In this document: positions 60,811 through 64,000 of the stretch, piece after piece
Layout: each line of letters opens with the position of its first letter
Numbering within the stretch: the first letter of the stretch is position 1
Assembly (NCBI GenBank): GCA_963665095.1
Contig: OY762069.1
Coordinates: 6,464,001 to 6,528,000 of the forward strand
From: an uncultured Desulfobacter sp.
GTDB lineage: Bacteria > Desulfobacterota > Desulfobacteria > Desulfobacterales > Desulfobacteraceae
Length of the DNA: 64,000 nt
Reading direction: 5' to 3'
The notes under the pieces: model-generated
Database searches by the model: none
What the model was told of the DNA's origin: nothing
The model's input: the letters and a program-made list of their open reading frames with translations, nothing else
Translations under genes and position numbers: made by a program

Positions 60811-60988
60811 TTATTGCGGTAAAACAGAGCGATGTGAAAAATTTTACTGTACAAAGGTGAAGAATATTCAGGTGCGCAGTTTTCCTGAAAGTTGTGATTT
60901 ATTGTTGTTAGACATCTGGCTTAGTGGTAGGGTCGCCATGGCAGTTAGTTGATCCTGAGTGAAAAAACGGTATGAAAGACGGGTAAAA

Positions 60989-61792
60989 ATGAACACAAAT
61001 CCATTCAAGTCTGCTCAAAAGAAGGTACAGGGACTGTCCGAACGTCAAAATGAGATGGTTGACATTGTCAGGAAAGAGGGGTTTGCACCTATTGAAGAGT
61101 TGTCAAAGCATTTTGGTGTAACGCCCCAGACCATACGGCGTGATATAAACCAGTTATGTGATCTTGGGGTGTTGACCCGGTATCATGGGGGGGCTGCCTT
61201 CTCTTCCAGTGTGCGCAACGTGGATTATTCTGCCAGAAAAACCATGCTGCACAATGAAAAGCGAAGAATCGGAGCTCAACTGGCCAAATTCATTCCGGAT
61301 GGTGCCAGCGTATTTATTAATATCGGTACAACCACCGAAGAGGCTGCCATTGCCCTTGGGGGGAAGAAAGATCTCAAGGTCATCACCAATAACCTGAACG
61401 TGGCGATGCTCTTAAGTGCCAATGAAACCTTTGAGGTTATTGTGGCCGGCGGCCTTATCCGGAACAGGGACAAAGGCATTACCGGGGAGGCCACAGTTGA
61501 TTTCATAAATCAGTTCCGGGTGGACTATGGGGTTATCGGTGTTTCAGGAATTGATGAGGACGGCACCCTTTTGGACTACGATTACCACGAAGTCCGGGTG
61601 GCACGAGAAATTATTGCCAATTCGAGAAACGTTTTTCTTTTGGCAGACCATACAAAATTCAACAGAAACGCCATGGTAAGAATCGGTACCCTTGAGGATG
61701 TCCATTATCTTATTACGGATAAAAAACCCAATGATAAATTTGTCAAAATCATGGATGTCTACGGCGTAGAACTGTTGGTTGCCGAAAAATAA
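60989..61792 (+). CDS. glpR: DeoR/GlpR family repressor
   Basis: FGVTPQTIRRD HTH, RYHGGA, IGTTTE, VITNN and ADHTKF; glp context. Confidence 0.92.
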   Translation: MNTNPFKSAQKKVQGLSERQNEMVDIVRKEGFAPIEELSKHFGVTPQTIRRDINQLCDLGVLTRYHGGAAFSSSVRNVDYSARKTMLHNEKRRIGAQLAKFIPDGASVFINIGTTTEEAAIALGGKKDLKVITNNLNVAMLLSANETFEVIVAGGLIRNRDKGITGEATVDFINQFRVDYGVIGVSGIDEDGTLLDYDYHEVRVAREIIANSRNVFLLADHTKFNRNAMVRIGTLEDVHYLITDKKPNDKFVKIMDVYGVELLVAEK

Positions 61793-61796
61793 AATA

Positions 61797-63011
61797 TCAG
61801 GATTCTGCCGGTATCACCTCCGGATCAGGGGTGTTCAACACGGACTGCGCAAGTATCTGGGTGGGATCCATGGTGGGAAGTGCCGTGAAGTGCCCCATCT
61901 GCATACGGCAGGCCCCGCAGTCCGAGATGACAATATCTGGTTTTTTTTCCAGAATGGCATCTGCTGCAATGGTTCCCAGCCGGATCGCATTGTTCTCAAA
62001 TTTTGATTTAAACCCGTAGCTCCCTGCAAGGCCGCAGCAATAGGTATCGTGAATCTGAAGTGTCAGACCCGGAATCATGCGAAGCAGCTTAACGGCAGGA
62101 TACCCGATCCCCAGGGCTCTTAAGTGACAGGGGATGTGGTAGGCAATGGTTTTATTCACCGGTGAAAAGGCTGGCGTGATCTCTTCTGTCTCCATGAGCA
62201 TGAGAATGTACTCGTGAATGTCATAGGTGTTCTTGGCAATCTTATTGCCCTGAGGGGTGTTTAATATACCGGGATAATCCTGCGTCAAAGTATTTCCACA
62301 GGAGGTACAGGAGTAAATGACATCGTAGCCTTTGTCAATGTAGCCGGAAAGGATGGCCGTATTTTTAGCGGCAAACTGTTTTGCCTTTTTCAGATCTCCG
62401 TTGGCCAAAGCCGGTAAGCCGCAACACACCTGCCGGGGGACCACGACTTTAATTCCAAGACTGGCTAAAAGGGTTGTCATGGTACGTCCCACTTCCGGGG
62501 CGTTATTTTCCAGGTAACATCCATGAAAGAAAACAATTTTTCTGTTTCCCTTTCCTTTCCACCGCCAGCTTCTGGAAAGGGTTTTAAAGTGAAACTCAGG
62601 GAATGGCATATAGGTTGACAGTCCCAGAAGTTTGAAGATTTTTTTCATGCTTTGGTTTTTGGTCACCAGATTGGCTATGGGGGCAAACAAAGAGCCTAAA
62701 AGCCCAAGGTAATAGTTATTGGCAAAAAGCATCGGAGCAAGCCCCTTACCATGGGCCCGGCTGTACTGCACCTGGGCCTCCTGAATGATGTGGGCCGGAT
62801 TTACGCCATGGGGGCAGGCCACATCACATCGCTTGCACTGGGCACATTTTTTTACCCATTCATCCACAGGGGCTACGTCCCCACCAACTCTGAAACGAAC
62901 AGCATCTGGCCCGGCCTGTTTGGGGCCGGGGAAGTCTTTATCCACCCGGAAAACCGGACAGTTTTCTTCGCACAGGGTGCATTTTATACAATGCTCAAAA
63001 TCATTATTCAT
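61797..63011 (-). CDS. glpC: Anaerobic glycerol-3-phosphate dehydrogenase subunit C
   Basis: CIKCTLCEENCP, FPGPKQAGPD, CAQCKRCDVACP and two CCG domains. Confidence 0.92.
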   Translation of the reverse strand: MNNDFEHCIKCTLCEENCPVFRVDKDFPGPKQAGPDAVRFRVGGDVAPVDEWVKKCAQCKRCDVACPHGVNPAHIIQEAQVQYSRAHGKGLAPMLFANNYYLGLLGSLFAPIANLVTKNQSMKKIFKLLGLSTYMPFPEFHFKTLSRSWRWKGKGNRKIVFFHGCYLENNAPEVGRTMTTLLASLGIKVVVPRQVCCGLPALANGDLKKAKQFAAKNTAILSGYIDKGYDVIYSCTSCGNTLTQDYPGILNTPQGNKIAKNTYDIHEYILMLMETEEITPAFSPVNKTIAYHIPCHLRALGIGYPAVKLLRMIPGLTLQIHDTYCCGLAGSYGFKSKFENNAIRLGTIAADAILEKKPDIVISDCGACRMQMGHFTALPTMDPTQILAQSVLNTPDPEVIPAES

Positions 63012-64000
63012 TTCAGCTGCTCCTCACAATTAAGCGCCGCGGCAACCCCTGTTGCAATGGCCATTCCGTGGCCGCAGCCGTATTTCATGATTTCAGAAAA
63101 TGCCAGAATGGAGCCGCATACAAAAAGGTTGCGTAATTCACCATTCTCAGGCTGAAAGGACTTGTTGACAACGATACCTGATTTTTCAATTTCATGGCCG
63201 GTTTCAAAAAAATTGAGACCAAACCAGCTCTCCCGGCTGGCAGGTGCAAAGGCGGGAAGGTGAAACACGCCTTCCTCAACCACGCCCTCCTGCCGGGCAT
63301 AGAGACCGCCGCTGATAAAAGAGCCGGTGGCAAGGACAAAGGTCTTTCCTTCAATGCGTGTGGGCCGTCCGGCACCCTCCAGGGTGACGGCTTCGATGCT
63401 GTTTCCACCCGTTTCCACCGTTTTTACCGCATGTCCCCAGTAAAAATCTCCCCCGGTATTGTGCAGGGTGTTTTTAAGAGCATTGAATAACCTTAAACCC
63501 GGAATAGAGGGCGGCAGGGTGGGGATTTCAAAAATATCCCGTCCCAGTTTTCGGGCAACTTCCCCAAATACCCCTGGCTTTGTCCCCACGACAGCAGGCA
63601 GGGCAATTTTACCCGGGGGCAGGTTTAACCCGTTAACCCAGGCGATAAATTTATCCTGGAAACCCGGTTCATTAAATTTGGTGGCAATGCCCAGTGTGGA
63701 TACCTCATCGGCGTCAAATTCATTCACACTGGCATGTTGGTATCTGATGGTCACATAGCCTGAATAAAAGTCCTTTAATGCTTTAAATGTAATCAGATGC
63801 AAGGGCTCGGTGTCATTGATAAGACCGTTTGCATAAGCCATGCTTTCCGGGACAAGCGCGGTCTGTCTTAAATTGCCGGCAGGTGACAGGATATACCGGT
63901 TTTCCCGGGGATCTCCCACATAACTTAACCCGGCTTCTTTCATAACCAGAGTAAACAGTTCCATGGACTTTGTGATCCCGTCAGTGCCCACTAAATGATA
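63008..64000 (-). CDS. glpB: Anaerobic glycerol-3-phosphate dehydrogenase subunit B (N-terminus outside window)
   Basis: EIPTLPPSIPGLRL, VLATGSFISGGL and GCGHGMAIATG; ATGA coupling to glpC. Confidence 0.9.
   Translation of the reverse strand, partial: YHLVGTDGITKSMELFTLVMKEAGLSYVGDPRENRYILSPAGNLRQTALVPESMAYANGLINDTEPLHLITFKALKDFYSGYVTIRYQHASVNEFDADEVSTLGIATKFNEPGFQDKFIAWVNGLNLPPGKIALPAVVGTKPGVFGEVARKLGRDIFEIPTLPPSIPGLRLFNALKNTLHNTGGDFYWGHAVKTVETGGNSIEAVTLEGAGRPTRIEGKTFVLATGSFISGGLYARQEGVVEEGVFHLPAFAPASRESWFGLNFFETGHEIEKSGIVVNKSFQPENGELRNLFVCGSILAFSEIMKYGCGHGMAIATGVAAALNCEEQLK

Overview
Chromosomal window of a sulfate-reducing deltaproteobacterium (Desulfobacteraceae-like; taxonomy inferred from gene content). 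It is gene-dense, and I see no rRNA, tRNA, CRISPR array or transposase. From left to right it holds: (i) mmsA/iolA-type dehydrogenase with a divergent Lrp regulator; (ii) a MerR-TPR / aryl-CoA ligase / APC permease / amidohydrolase / MBL-hydrolase catabolic operon; (iii) a cupin and a divergent GalT/HIT-fold protein; (iv) a short asparaginase and a hybrid kinase; (v) a sugar ABC transporter, galK-galT, a sugar isomerase and a PfkB kinase; (vi) a Kef-type antiporter, a sigma54-driven PEP-CTERM gene and a GGDEF-EAL sensor; (vii) an EndoQ/PHP-UvrD fusion, SLT, galU and dapA; (viii) dsrABD-dsrN; (ix) a glycerol/dihydroxyacetone region (dhaKLM with a complete HPr-EI fusion, glpF, glpK, glpR, glpBC). 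The best candidate for an undescribed system lies at 44.9-52.0 kb, directly after dsrN. A consensus sigma54 promoter leads into a 53-aa charge-blocked peptide that the ORF track missed. It is followed by an AdoMetDC-like pyruvoyl enzyme, a FemAB-like GNAT, an amino-acid-ligase-type ATP-grasp enzyme, an SbnH/BtrK-like PLP decarboxylase and a YkgJ/FliB-like Cys-cluster protein. A pseudo-receiver enhancer-binding protein and a standalone C39-like peptidase are transcribed divergently. All family calls come from motif recognition by eye; no searches were run.
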